A stretch of 64,000 bases of DNA from an uncultured Candidatus Peribacteria bacterium (GCA_964466635.1 CAYXNG010000001.1:42958-106957); one strand, 5' to 3'; counted from the first letter of the stretch, positions 52,120-61,025 are shown. The notes: generated by a model not told the origin, from the letters alone. Program-made: numbers and translations.

Positions 52120-52779
52120 ATGAAGCGTTTTCTTCCAGTCATCATCGCTGCTGTCGCTATCGGCGGATCCATCGTGTACGGCATGACGCGTGAGTACCAG
52201 AATCCCGATCCTAATCACACGCACGCAGACTTTGCGGTGTGGGTGAACGGACAACTGCTCGATTTCACCGATCCGCGCTACATGAGCGAGGCCTATGACC
52301 CGGACAACGGTCAGGAGATCCGCGTCGATCCGATGCGGAAGTATCTCCATTTGCATGATGACATCGGAACGGTCGTTCATCGTCACAAGCCTGGTCTGAC
52401 ACTCGGTGAATTCATGGCCTCTATTGGCAATCCGATGGATGGACGGTGCATTACGCTCGATGAAGCGCAGTACGCATCACTGGATGCAGGATGGAAGGAG
52501 GATTTCGCCATCCAGCCACAGCTCTGCGACAACGGAAAATTCCATTGGACAATGGTGGTGAATGAACAGGTGGTTCCGTTTAACTCAGATTTTGTCTTTA
52601 ACGACGAAGATCAGATTCTCCTCAGCTACAGTGCGAGCGATACGGCATGGCAGGATCAGTGGGATGACATGACGAACGATGCCTGTCTCTTCAGCAAAAC
52701 CTGTCCATGGCGCGGTGATCCTCCTGCGGAAAACTGTATTGCGGACCCCGCTGTGCCCTGTGTTGCACCTGAGAATTAA
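52120..52779 (+). CDS. hypothetical membrane-anchored exported protein (His- and Cys-containing)
   Basis: 219 aa with an N-terminal TM helix, HTHADF and HLHDD..VVHRH motifs, and several Cys in the C-terminal part. No family named. Confidence 0.5.
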   Translation: MKRFLPVIIAAVAIGGSIVYGMTREYQNPDPNHTHADFAVWVNGQLLDFTDPRYMSEAYDPDNGQEIRVDPMRKYLHLHDDIGTVVHRHKPGLTLGEFMASIGNPMDGRCITLDEAQYASLDAGWKEDFAIQPQLCDNGKFHWTMVVNEQVVPFNSDFVFNDEDQILLSYSASDTAWQDQWDDMTNDACLFSKTCPWRGDPPAENCIADPAVPCVAPEN

Positions 52780-52855
52780 AAATTGAAAATGAAAAATGGA
52801 AAATGAGACGATTTTTCCTTCAAAAATTTTCAATTATCAATTATCAATTTTCCAT
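52778..52855. repeat. inverted AT-rich heptamer arrays (ATTGNNN / CAATNNN)
   Basis: Left arm aaaattgaaaatgaaaaatggaaaatgag; right arm aaaattttcaattatcaattatcaattttccatt. The same module occurs in frame inside murD (55113-55144). Confidence 0.7.
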
Positions 52856-52869
52856 TACCATAGCCATAT

Positions 52870-53361
52870 ATGTCAGATGATCAGAAGAAAACAACGGGTG
52901 ACGATTCCGTACAGCAAATAGAGTTGCTGCAGGCGGAACTCGAAAAGATGAAAGACTTGGCCGCTCGTGCCCAGGCCGATCTGCAGAACGCCAAAGCGCG
53001 CGTCGAACGTGATGCGGCAGACATGCGCAAATTCGCCTCAGAAGGAATGCTGGTGCGATTGCTCCCGACGCTCGATAACTTCCAGCGTGCGTTCCAGCAT
53101 GTTCCGGACGATCTCAAAAATCATGAGTGGGTGAAAGGTGTTGCGGCTATTGAGGCGGATCTGATGAAGCAGGTGAGCGATGCGGGGCTAAAGCGCATGA
53201 AATCGCTGGGAGAAACAGTCGATTCCGATCGCCACGAAGTGCTCAGTCTTGGTGCAGGGGAAAATGGAAAGGTTGTTGAGGTGTTTGAGGAGGGATACGA
53301 GCTGCACGGCAAAGTACTGCGTCCCGCCAAGGTAAAGGCCGGGGATGGATCGGCGACCTAG
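52870..53361 (+). CDS. grpE: nucleotide exchange factor GrpE
   Basis: A coiled-coil N-half (LQAELEKMKDLAARAQADLQNAKAR) and a C-terminal beta domain (GYELHGKVLRPAKV). Confidence 0.9.
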   Translation: MSDDQKKTTGDDSVQQIELLQAELEKMKDLAARAQADLQNAKARVERDAADMRKFASEGMLVRLLPTLDNFQRAFQHVPDDLKNHEWVKGVAAIEADLMKQVSDAGLKRMKSLGETVDSDRHEVLSLGAGENGKVVEVFEEGYELHGKVLRPAKVKAGDGSAT

Positions 53362-53939
53362 GAGCTCAGTGCCTGAGATGCAATCAGCATCGTGAAGATG
53401 CCGATGGTGTTAAAGCCGAAACAGATAGCGGCGAATGTGCGTGGCCGCAGTTCGGTGTATCCACTCAGCAATGTGACACCAAGCTCATCGGGCAGGGGGG
53501 AGGCAATCAGGATGCCGGCGATGGACCAGGCGGTGTACTGGCGGATTCGCTCGGGGACAGTCTCATGATGGAACCGGTCACGGATCCAGCGGATCACGGC
53601 CGCGCGCTTGAGCCTGCGGAATTCATCCATGAAGGAGAACCGGACGAATTCGAAGATCGTCATATCAGACACCATCGCACCGAGACCTGCAACCACTGCG
53701 CCAAGTACCGGATGAACGGTGTCGGCCATCCCGAGGAAAATTGCGATGGCGAACGGGGTCGTGAATCCGAAGCTGAAGAGCAGTCCGCCGAAGAACATTG
53801 AAATATATCCGTATCCGTTCAGCAATTCCGGCAGAAGGTCGAAAAACCCCTGTGCGTAGAGGATATATGCCAGCAAAAACGAGCAGGCGAGGAGGCTTAA
53901 TTTGGGGTATTGAAGGCGAGTTTTTATCTGGTATTTCAC
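53358..53939 (-). CDS. hypothetical polytopic membrane protein
   Basis: 193 aa with about 5 TM helices. There is a 4-nt overlap with the convergent grpE stop. Confidence 0.45.
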   Translation of the reverse strand: MKYQIKTRLQYPKLSLLACSFLLAYILYAQGFFDLLPELLNGYGYISMFFGGLLFSFGFTTPFAIAIFLGMADTVHPVLGAVVAGLGAMVSDMTIFEFVRFSFMDEFRRLKRAAVIRWIRDRFHHETVPERIRQYTAWSIAGILIASPLPDELGVTLLSGYTELRPRTFAAICFGFNTIGIFTMLIASQALSS

Positions 53940-53962
53940 CCTATTATTTTAACACAAAATGC

Positions 53963-55267
53963 CTATTTAAGCAATTCTATGCAGCGGCGGAATTCGTCGC
54001 CTTTTTCCTCGAAATTCTTGAACATGCCATAGCTGGGGGAGGCGGTGGAAAGAAGAACAATCGGAGTGAAGCCACTGGCCTCTAGCTTCTGGCCACTAGT
54101 TTTCTCGACAGCTTTATCCATTGAATCTACGTCGATTAGCTCTGCAGTAGCACCTGCAGCTATCAATGCTTCGCGGATGCGTGGGCCCGAACCGGGAAAG
54201 AGGAGAATCAGTTCGATCGAAGATTCTTTGATGCGATTGGCAAGTGAGGTGAAGTTGTAGCCGCGGTCTTGTCCGCCAAGAATCATGACCCGAACCCGAT
54301 CACCGAGTGCGTCGAGTGCGGCGATGGCGGATTCCGGCGTGGTCGAGATCGCGTCATCAATCCACTCAATGCCGTGGTGCACGCCAAGCGATTGCAGGCG
54401 ATGCGGGAGCGGAGTGAATCGTCGCACTGCGTCGAGAGCTGTTTTTCCGTCTACACCGAGACTTGCTGCAACCATGCACGCTGCGGCGATGTTGCTGCGG
54501 TTGTGATCGCCGATGAATCGCGTCTCGGACAGATCAATCGGACAGTCGTCGGCGGAGAAGGGGATTTTGCGTCCATCACCCTCTTTCGCGATCTCTATCG
54601 ATCCCTTCATCGTATCGTTAAAGAAGACGAGATCGTCGGCCTGTTGATAGCGGGTGATGTGTTTCTTGGCTTCCAAATACGCTTCTTCCGAACCATGGTA
54701 ATCGAGATGTTCGGGGAAGAAGCTGGTGATAACGGCGATGTGCGGACTGTTCGTCAGATTCATCAGTTGATAGCTGCTCATTTCCATGACGATGATTGTT
54801 CCCGTTTTGACATCATCGAGATGTGCAATGGACGGTTCGCCGATGTTCCCTGTCAAAATTGCATCCTTGTTTGCCGTCCGCAGAATCGTGTAGATCAAGC
54901 TCGAAGTTGTGCTTTTGCCCTTGGATCCGGTGACACCAATTGTCACTGCACCGCGATCGGCAATCGTATCGAGGAAGATTTGCGTCGATGACGTTAATTG
55001 AAAATTGAGAATTGAAAATTGAGAAAGAGCATGAGGGGTGATGCCGGGAGATTTTATGACAACATCAAATTTATTAAGATCCTTGAGCCAATCAGATCCT
55101 AATTGGGTTCGTAATTTTCCATTATCAATTATCAATTTTTCATTCTGGTCGGCAATCGTAATCTCACACTGCGGCGCATGTTTCTCTAATGCTTCAACCA
55201 TCGCTTTGCCCTCGCGCCCGTAGCCGAGCACGCAGACGGTTTTGCCGTTGAGGTCGGAGATCTTCAT
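53963..55267 (-). CDS. murD: UDP-N-acetylmuramoylalanine--glutamate ligase (MurD family)
   Basis: The motifs VLGYGREGKA and GVTGSKGKSTTSSLI and the Mur ligase C-domain are present. It carries three repeat-derived in-frame segments (54071-54099, 54996-55024, 55113-55144). Confidence 0.85.
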   Translation of the reverse strand: MKISDLNGKTVCVLGYGREGKAMVEALEKHAPQCEITIADQNEKLIIDNGKLRTQLGSDWLKDLNKFDVVIKSPGITPHALSQFSILNFQLTSSTQIFLDTIADRGAVTIGVTGSKGKSTTSSLIYTILRTANKDAILTGNIGEPSIAHLDDVKTGTIIVMEMSSYQLMNLTNSPHIAVITSFFPEHLDYHGSEEAYLEAKKHITRYQQADDLVFFNDTMKGSIEIAKEGDGRKIPFSADDCPIDLSETRFIGDHNRSNIAAACMVAASLGVDGKTALDAVRRFTPLPHRLQSLGVHHGIEWIDDAISTTPESAIAALDALGDRVRVMILGGQDRGYNFTSLANRIKESSIELILLFPGSGPRIREALIAAGATAELIDVDSMDKAVEKTSGQKLEASGFTPIVLLSTASPSYGMFKNFEEKGDEFRRCIELLK

Positions 55268-56676
55268 TGTGGAAGAAAAGCGCGGAATTGTTCGGGAACG
55301 CAGTGATCGCTAGATGGGTTAAGTAGATTATGAATGACTGCCTCGGGTTCGTAGGGCAGCGTCATTTCCGCTTCGTGGAACATATCCATTATGGGTGTGT
55401 CATCCCAGTCACCGGATTCATCGGCCAGGCTAAGCGCGGCGTATGTTTCTTCCGGTGTTCCGACACATTCAAACGGCTTGATACCTTCGATGCCAAGCAA
55501 CTCGCGATACAACGGCAGGAGTGATGCATCGGCAAACAGATTGGTCTCAAAGATATTGATCACTGTTTCCTTTGGTAAAAATGCGGCGCACAACGCAAAG
55601 GCAAATGTGCATTTGGGGCATTGGCCGCACCATCTTCCTGTATGGATATTCGAGGGTGCATGCGTATTACTCAATATCTTCCAGTTCGCATTACAACTCG
55701 TAAAGTGCTCAAAGTACTGCGGATACCGGGTGAACTGTTGAACAATGTGCAATTCCGATAGCGGTCGCAGCAGGCTGAAGTATTCAACGGCATCGATACC
55801 CTCATTCTGCAGATACGCGCGGAGTGCTTTCTCGAATTCCAGACTCTTGCTCCATTGATGGTTGATGGTCATGCCGTACATCTCGGTGTTGCCCTCATCG
55901 GCACTGCGTTCGTCGCTGAATGCGACATCGGTAAATCCATAGAGTTCGCTCAGAACAATACTGAGAATCGACAGATAGGCCGTGATCGGTACGTGACCGT
56001 TCAGTGCGCCGTCGGCATTGAGTTTGAAGAGCTGCGGATCGAGCCGGCGATCAACCGTCAGAAGCGATACATTCGCGACGCTCGCGATTTCATGGATGAA
56101 GGGATGAGAGCCAACCCGCAAAAGCGTCATCGGCAGTTTCGATTTCTTCAGCAGTTCAATGGTGACGATCGAATCTTTTCCGCCGCCGATGGGAACTAAA
56201 AGCTTCTGGCCTCTAGCCTCTGGCTTCGAGCTCGTGGCTGGTGGCTGGTGGCTGGAGGCTGGAAAGTTAATCAGTCCCCTAAAATCAATCTCATTCCGAT
56301 AGAAGAATTCTCCAAGTCCCTGTTCATACACCGTCTTCCAGAATTCCGCCTGATCTTTGCCCAGTGACCCGGAGCGGATCTGGATGTTCTTCGGCAGGCA
56401 GGTTTTGTAGTAACTGATGCCGCCGATCAGATGCAGCATGAACAGGGCGCGGTCGAGTCCATCGCGATTCACGATTTCCAATGGCCGGTCTTCGGGCAGT
56501 TGCAGCGTCTCCGTAAAGCGGATCTCGTCATCCAAGGCATAACGGAGCTCAATCCGCTTGGCGGATTCGTCAAAGCTGTAGGAATCGAAAATGAAGGACT
56601 GGTACTGGTTCATTGCGATTGCAGTATACCGTTTCCTATCCCAAAAATACTTGAAGAATAAGGAGAATAACGGCAA
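55264..56676 (-). CDS. PP-loop (N-type ATP pyrophosphatase)-like protein coupled to murD; possible MurL-type epimerase
   Basis: 470 aa with PIGGGKDS (an SGGKDS-like PP-loop) and WCGQCPKC. Its stop overlaps the murD start by 4 nt. It contains the in-frame cassette at 56201-56262. The ORF is secure; the function is an inference. Confidence 0.5.
   Translation of the reverse strand: MPLFSLFFKYFWDRKRYTAIAMNQYQSFIFDSYSFDESAKRIELRYALDDEIRFTETLQLPEDRPLEIVNRDGLDRALFMLHLIGGISYYKTCLPKNIQIRSGSLGKDQAEFWKTVYEQGLGEFFYRNEIDFRGLINFPASSHQPPATSSKPEARGQKLLVPIGGGKDSIVTIELLKKSKLPMTLLRVGSHPFIHEIASVANVSLLTVDRRLDPQLFKLNADGALNGHVPITAYLSILSIVLSELYGFTDVAFSDERSADEGNTEMYGMTINHQWSKSLEFEKALRAYLQNEGIDAVEYFSLLRPLSELHIVQQFTRYPQYFEHFTSCNANWKILSNTHAPSNIHTGRWCGQCPKCTFAFALCAAFLPKETVINIFETNLFADASLLPLYRELLGIEGIKPFECVGTPEETYAALSLADESGDWDDTPIMDMFHEAEMTLPYEPEAVIHNLLNPSSDHCVPEQFRAFLPQ
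56201..56262 (-). repeat. in-frame bipartite heptamer-repeat cassette inside the PP-loop gene
   Basis: Sense strand: agcctcc agccacc agccacc agccacg agc, tcga, agccaga ggctaga ggccaga agc. It encodes ASSHQPPATSSKPEARGQKL. Confidence 0.8.
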
Positions 56677-56836
56677 TTAGGCCGATGCAGCCAGCAAGGA
56701 TGCAGATAGCGAAGAACCATCGATTTTTCGGAGGATTCTTTCCCGGTGAATCGGGGAGAACGCTTGCACACAGCTGAATGATCGCATCGAGGAGCTCGCT
56801 CATGCCTTCATCATACACCCTGTAATCAATTGACAT
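56636..56836 (-). CDS. hypothetical small membrane protein
   Basis: 66 aa with a C-terminal TM helix (FFAICILAGCIGLIAVILLIL). It overlaps the start of the downstream gene by 41 nt. Confidence 0.3.
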   Translation of the reverse strand: MSIDYRVYDEGMSELLDAIIQLCASVLPDSPGKNPPKNRWFFAICILAGCIGLIAVILLILQVFLG

Positions 56837-56864
56837 GTATATAGGAGGGGTATGATCGAAATAT

Positions 56865-57188
56865 ATGACTACCCCGAACTTCCCAACACCACAGGCTGAA
56901 GCATTGAATATGGTTCCTCGACAAATGGCGTCTCTTTACGGTTTTATCCCCGTAAGTTTAGAGGAAGGAGTTTTAACACTTGCTGCTGCAACAGATGCGA
57001 ATGTTGCATTATTGGATGAAGGAAAAGATGATTTAGAATCCTTCCTGGGACTGCGTGTGCAATATGTGAGAAGTTTTACATCTGCTCAAATTAACGCGGC
57101 CCTTACGCAAAATTACGGTCCTGATGAGGAGGCGATGGATGAAGCTCTGGATGTTATAAGCGACTTTGGATTCCTAGATGAGGAATAA
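56865..57188 (+). CDS. stand-alone GspE/MshE N-terminal (T2SSE_N) domain protein
   Basis: 107 aa. The segment VPRQMASLYGFIPVSLEEGVLTLAAATDANVALLDE...LGLRVQYVRSFTSAQINAAL fits the T2SSE_N fold pattern. Confidence 0.55.
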   Translation: MTTPNFPTPQAEALNMVPRQMASLYGFIPVSLEEGVLTLAAATDANVALLDEGKDDLESFLGLRVQYVRSFTSAQINAALTQNYGPDEEAMDEALDVISDFGFLDEE

Positions 57189-57237
57189 GGCTTAGGACTT
57201 TCCCAGTATCCCAAGGCACGCTAGCATCTTCCGGCCA

Positions 57238-57323
57238 GCCATGGTGGCGGAATGGTATACGCGCACGACTCAAAATCGTGTTCCCTTACGGGATTGAGGG
57301 TTCAAGTCCCTCCCATGGCACCA
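57238..57323 (+). tRNA. tRNA-Leu(CAA)
   Basis: Hand-folded class II tRNA: acceptor GCCATGG/CCATGGC, anticodon loop CTCAAAA, long variable arm ttcccttacgggatt, T-loop TTCAAGT, CCA. Confidence 0.9.
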
Positions 57324-57512
57324 TCAATTTAACTTCGACAATTCCGATGCCATCTTACTCCGCTGAGTACGAAGATCGGCAATTTGCTTATCAAGCATAT
57401 CAATTTGCGATCTATATAGATTTTTCTGATCATGAATCATCTTATCCGTTTCGCGTTTTTGATGATCGGCCATCTTTTTCTGATCGGCCAATTCGTTTGC
57501 TGTCGGAGACAT
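57324..57512 (-). CDS. hypothetical small coiled-coil protein
   Basis: 62 aa charged helical ORF in an AT-rich patch abutting the tRNA-Leu 3' end. Weak call. Confidence 0.3.
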   Translation of the reverse strand: MSPTANELADQKKMADHQKRETDKMIHDQKNLYRSQIDMLDKQIADLRTQRSKMASELSKLN

Positions 57513-57582
57513 AAGGAGAAAGGGGGAAATCTTCTGTGAGACGTTTTGAACGGCTTACTCTTTCAGCTATCCTGCGGTCTCT

Positions 57583-58503
57583 ATGTACGACGTTCTCATT
57601 ATCGGTCTGGGCTGTGCCGGATATACAGCCGCTATCTATAGCGCACGCTACAAACTGAAGACCTATTTGGTCGGATCGGTACAAGGCGGACTTGGTCTGA
57701 CTGCTGCCGAGGTCGGTAACTGGCCCGGGGATATCGAAATAACCGGTCCCGATTTGATGGAAAACTTCCACAAACACGCTGCGAGTTTTGAAGAGGTAAC
57801 CATTAAGCTGGCACGTATCGACAAGATTGAGAAAATTGAAGGTGGATTCAGACTGCACCAAGATGACGGATGCACTGTCGAAGGGAAGACAATCATCTTC
57901 GCGATGGGTAGCAACAAGCGCCATCTGGATATTCCCGGTGAAGATCGTTTGTCTGGAAAGGGTGTGACGTACTGCGCCACGTGCGATGCGTTCTTTTATC
58001 GTGGCAAGGATGTCGTGGTGATTGGAGGAGGAGACAGCGCTGTGGAAGGTGCCGCGATTGCCGCACAGGTGGCTCGTCGCGTGTACCTCATTCACCGCCG
58101 CAGCGACTTCCGTGCGGAGCCCTACTGGGTCGATCGGGTCAAGGCACGCGAAAACATCACGATGGTCCTGGATACCAATGTCTTGGAAATTCTGGGTGAT
58201 CAGCGGGTGAGCGGTGTAAAGCTCGATAAGCCGTTTGAGGGATCGGATACCATTGCAACCGATGGTGTCTTTATTGAAATCGGTGCTAATCCGGCAACCG
58301 ATCTTGCTCAGTCCCTGGGATGCGCAATTGATGCCAAAGGCTACTTGCAGGTGGATAATGCGATGAAAACGACGGTTCAGGGTATCTATGGAGCCGGTGA
58401 TATTACCAGCGGATCGAACTACTTTGCCCAATTCGTGACAGCGGCGGGGGAAGGGGCGGTAGCGGCCAATAGTGCCTTTAATTATCTGCAGTCCGGCCAT
58501 TAA
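57583..58503 (+). CDS. trxB: thioredoxin-disulfide reductase
   Basis: The motifs DVLIIGLGCAGYTAAIY, redox-active CATCDA, GGGDSAVEGA and GAGD are present. Confidence 0.9.
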   Translation: MYDVLIIGLGCAGYTAAIYSARYKLKTYLVGSVQGGLGLTAAEVGNWPGDIEITGPDLMENFHKHAASFEEVTIKLARIDKIEKIEGGFRLHQDDGCTVEGKTIIFAMGSNKRHLDIPGEDRLSGKGVTYCATCDAFFYRGKDVVVIGGGDSAVEGAAIAAQVARRVYLIHRRSDFRAEPYWVDRVKARENITMVLDTNVLEILGDQRVSGVKLDKPFEGSDTIATDGVFIEIGANPATDLAQSLGCAIDAKGYLQVDNAMKTTVQGIYGAGDITSGSNYFAQFVTAAGEGAVAANSAFNYLQSGH

Positions 58504-58576
58504 GTGCAGGAATAGAGGGTAATTCACTGTTTTTGGACCTTGCATTGGACAAAAACCCCTGTAACATGCCCGCACT

Positions 58577-58771
58577 ATGCCAAGAGGAAAGCGCACCGTG
58601 TTCGCTATGTACTGCGCCGAGACCAATATGCGTCTCGGAACCATCCGCCTGCACAAACAGGACAAGTTGGGCAAATCGTGGAAGGAGCATGTCGCCGGCA
58701 TGAAGAAGTACTGCCCGACGCTGCGCCGCCGGGTGGAGGTGAAGTTTAAGGAAGAAAAACATTCGAGCTGA
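58577..58771 (+). CDS. rpmG: 50S ribosomal protein L33 (extended form, Cys motif degenerate)
   Basis: The N-terminus MPRGKR and the segment KKYCPTLRRRVEVKFKEEK match the L33 ends. At 64 aa it is longer than typical. Confidence 0.6.
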   Translation: MPRGKRTVFAMYCAETNMRLGTIRLHKQDKLGKSWKEHVAGMKKYCPTLRRRVEVKFKEEKHSS

Positions 58772-58780
58772 TTAGGAGGC

Positions 58781-58844
58781 GTGTCATGGTGAGCGAAGAC
58801 GAACCATACACGCTATATCCCTCGTCTTCGCTCGGGATGACACC
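58781..58844. repeat. pair of REP-like elements in inverted orientation
   Basis: Sequence gtgtcatggtgagcgaagacgaaccatacacgc ... ccctcgtcttcgctcgggatgacacc. Confidence 0.6.
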
Positions 58845-58862
58845 TTTTTAGTCGTGTCTAGA

Positions 58863-58890
58863 AGCTAACAGCTAAAAGCTATAAGCTGTA
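58863..58890. repeat. AGCT-heptamer array (single arm)
   Basis: Sequence agctaac agctaaa agctata agctgta, immediately upstream of the NUDIX gene's GTG start. Confidence 0.75.
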
Positions 58891-58893
58891 TCC

Positions 58894-59361
58894 GTGCCTG
58901 CCGACTGCTACCGCAACGCCGCTTCGATTCTCCTTCTCCGACCCAGTGATAGGGGAGATTGGGATATTTTGCTGGTGCACAAACCGCGCAAGCGTGATGC
59001 CTGGCAGCTGCCGCAGGGCGGAATGGAAGAAGGGGAGACGCCACAGCAGTGTGCCATTCGGGAAGTGGAGGAAGAAGCCGGCGTGACCGGGGTGACCGTG
59101 TTGGGGCAGAGCAGCATCATCTATCAGTATGATTTCCCAGTATCGTACCGCCGCTTCCGTCCCGATCATATCTGCGGACAGAAGATTCACTTTGTCTACG
59201 GAACGGTCGGACGCGACGCAGTGGTGACTGTCGACAATAAGGAGATCAATGGATTCCAGTGGGTGACGGTGAAAGAGCTTTCAAAGTATCTGAAGCGCAA
59301 GGAGTATCTGGAACTGGCGAAGAATGTGTATGAGGAGGCGATCGTGGCAGCTGCACAGTAA
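58894..59361 (+). CDS. NUDIX hydrolase
   Basis: Nudix box GGMEEGETPQQCAIREVEEEAGV. The start codon is GTG. Confidence 0.8.
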   Translation: MPADCYRNAASILLLRPSDRGDWDILLVHKPRKRDAWQLPQGGMEEGETPQQCAIREVEEEAGVTGVTVLGQSSIIYQYDFPVSYRRFRPDHICGQKIHFVYGTVGRDAVVTVDNKEINGFQWVTVKELSKYLKRKEYLELAKNVYEEAIVAAAQ

Positions 59362-59386
59362 GACGATTCCTGTATGCTGATCGTCC

Positions 59387-60484
59387 GTGCGCATCCGCAG
59401 TCTTGAGCTCCGGCAGTTCCGTAATTACACCGAGCAGGTTGTCCGGTTTTCAGATGATGATATCCAGCTTTTCACCGGACGGAATGGCAGCGGGAAGACC
59501 AACCTGATCGAAGCAGTATCGGTTCTCTCTATTACGCGGTCGTGTCGCGGGCGCGATGAGGACGAAATGGTGCAGTGGAGCCATCCGTTTTATCGGCTCC
59601 GGGCAGATGTTGAAAATGATGCCGGTGAAACGTTCAGACTGGAGGCTGTCAGCGAAATTCAGCCGCGCCGTCGCAAGGCGTTTTTCATCAACGATGTGCG
59701 AACGAATATCGGCGGTATTGTCGGGTTTCTCCCGACGGTCACCTTCCTTCCGCAGGATCTGGAACTGTTCACCGGCCCTCCTGCGGAACGTCGGCGATTT
59801 CTCGATCAATTGCTCAGTCAGTTGTCATCCGATTATCTGCAGGCACTCGCCGAATATCAGAAGCTGGTGCAGCAGCGGAATGCGCTCCTGAAGCGAATCG
59901 CCTCAGGCGCCGAAAGTCCGTCATCGCTGGATCTGTGGGATAGGGAATGCGCCCAACGCAGCGCGGTCATTACTGTTGCGCGTCTGGAGCTGATGGAAAC
60001 ATTAAACCTCTCGTTCGCGCAGGAGATGGAGGCGCTTGGTGAAAACTGGCCGGATGTGCGTTTGCAGTACGACCGCAAAGGAACAGCGAAAGAACGGTCG
60101 GAGATGGAAGCGGAATATCAGGAATTGCTTCGGGCCAATCGTGATCGCGATGTTTTGCTCCAATCGACAGGTGTGGGGCCGCATCGGGAAGATTGGCAGG
60201 TGTACCGTGAACATAGACCCTTGCCGTCATTCGCTTCACGCGGGCAGGAACGCACAGCGGTGCTGGCGATGCTGCAGCTGCAGGTGTCGTATCTGGAACT
60301 GCGCAAAGGACAGAAGCCGGTGATCCTGCTCGACGATGTGTTCTCCGAACTCGATGACGAACATCAGGCATCGGTTCTGCGCGGCTTCAAAGGACGACAG
60401 GTTCTGATGACCTCGACCCGCGTTCCGCCGGGAGCGGAGGGGGCGAAGATTTTCATGGTCGAAAAAGGGATCGTTGATGGATGA
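59387..60484 (+). CDS. recF: DNA replication and repair protein RecF
   Basis: The segment LELRQFRNYTEQ...FTGRNGSGKTNLIEAV and the C-terminal LLDDVFSELD are present. The start codon is GTG. Confidence 0.9.
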   Translation: MRIRSLELRQFRNYTEQVVRFSDDDIQLFTGRNGSGKTNLIEAVSVLSITRSCRGRDEDEMVQWSHPFYRLRADVENDAGETFRLEAVSEIQPRRRKAFFINDVRTNIGGIVGFLPTVTFLPQDLELFTGPPAERRRFLDQLLSQLSSDYLQALAEYQKLVQQRNALLKRIASGAESPSSLDLWDRECAQRSAVITVARLELMETLNLSFAQEMEALGENWPDVRLQYDRKGTAKERSEMEAEYQELLRANRDRDVLLQSTGVGPHREDWQVYREHRPLPSFASRGQERTAVLAMLQLQVSYLELRKGQKPVILLDDVFSELDDEHQASVLRGFKGRQVLMTSTRVPPGAEGAKIFMVEKGIVDG

Positions 60485-60503
60485 TCGCGGCGGATGTATG
60501 AGC

Positions 60504-60531
60504 GTAGGAACGCCATGCATGGCGTTCCTAC
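60504..60531. terminator. bidirectional hairpin between convergent recF and ruvC
   Basis: Perfect palindrome gtaggaacgccatgcatggcgttcctac. It overlaps the ruvC stop codon. Confidence 0.55.
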
Positions 60532-61025
60532 AACATGACATGCGATGTGATTACAGGTTTTTGCAACGCCCCATATATCGCCAACGCCAGCGCATCCGCC
60601 GCATCATCGGGCTTTGGAATTTCGCTGAGCTTAAGCAAATGCATCAACATCGTCTGAACCTGGAGTTTGTCTGCTTGTCCGTCACCGGTAATCGCGAGTT
60701 TCATCTGGAGCGGTGTCGCTTCAATAATCGGAATGCCAGCCTCGGCGACGGTTGCGACAATCACGCCTCGGGCCTGGGCGACGTCGATGGCAGTTAAGGC
60801 GTTGGTTGCAAAAAACAGCTTTTCGATGACCGCCAGTTCCGGCTTTGTCTCAGCCAAGAAATCGACCAGATCCTTCCGGATTTCCAACAGCCGGTCGGGG
60901 AGAGGGAGTCCGGCGGGGGTGGTAATCGTGAGCCAGTCAGGACAGCGCACATCGGTGCCGGAATCGCTTTCGACAAGGCCGATGCCGATGGTTGCCAGGC
61001 CGGGGTCAATTCCGAGGATTTTCAC
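60528..61025 (-). CDS. ruvC: crossover junction endodeoxyribonuclease RuvC
   Basis: The segments MKILGIDPGLATIGIGLVE and DAADALALAIY are present. Confidence 0.9.
   Translation of the reverse strand: MKILGIDPGLATIGIGLVESDSGTDVRCPDWLTITTPAGLPLPDRLLEIRKDLVDFLAETKPELAVIEKLFFATNALTAIDVAQARGVIVATVAEAGIPIIEATPLQMKLAITGDGQADKLQVQTMLMHLLKLSEIPKPDDAADALALAIYGALQKPVITSHVML

Noticed and set aside
52780-52869. CIRCE/HrcA operator upstream of grpE
   Set aside because: No TTAGCACTC/GAGTGCTAA half-sites are present. The region is occupied by AT-rich heptamer arrays.
57442-58701. 419-aa minus-strand ORF
   Set aside because: It is antisense to trxB and rpmG. It has no motifs, whereas trxB has its FAD/NADPH motifs and CATC redox centre on the plus strand.
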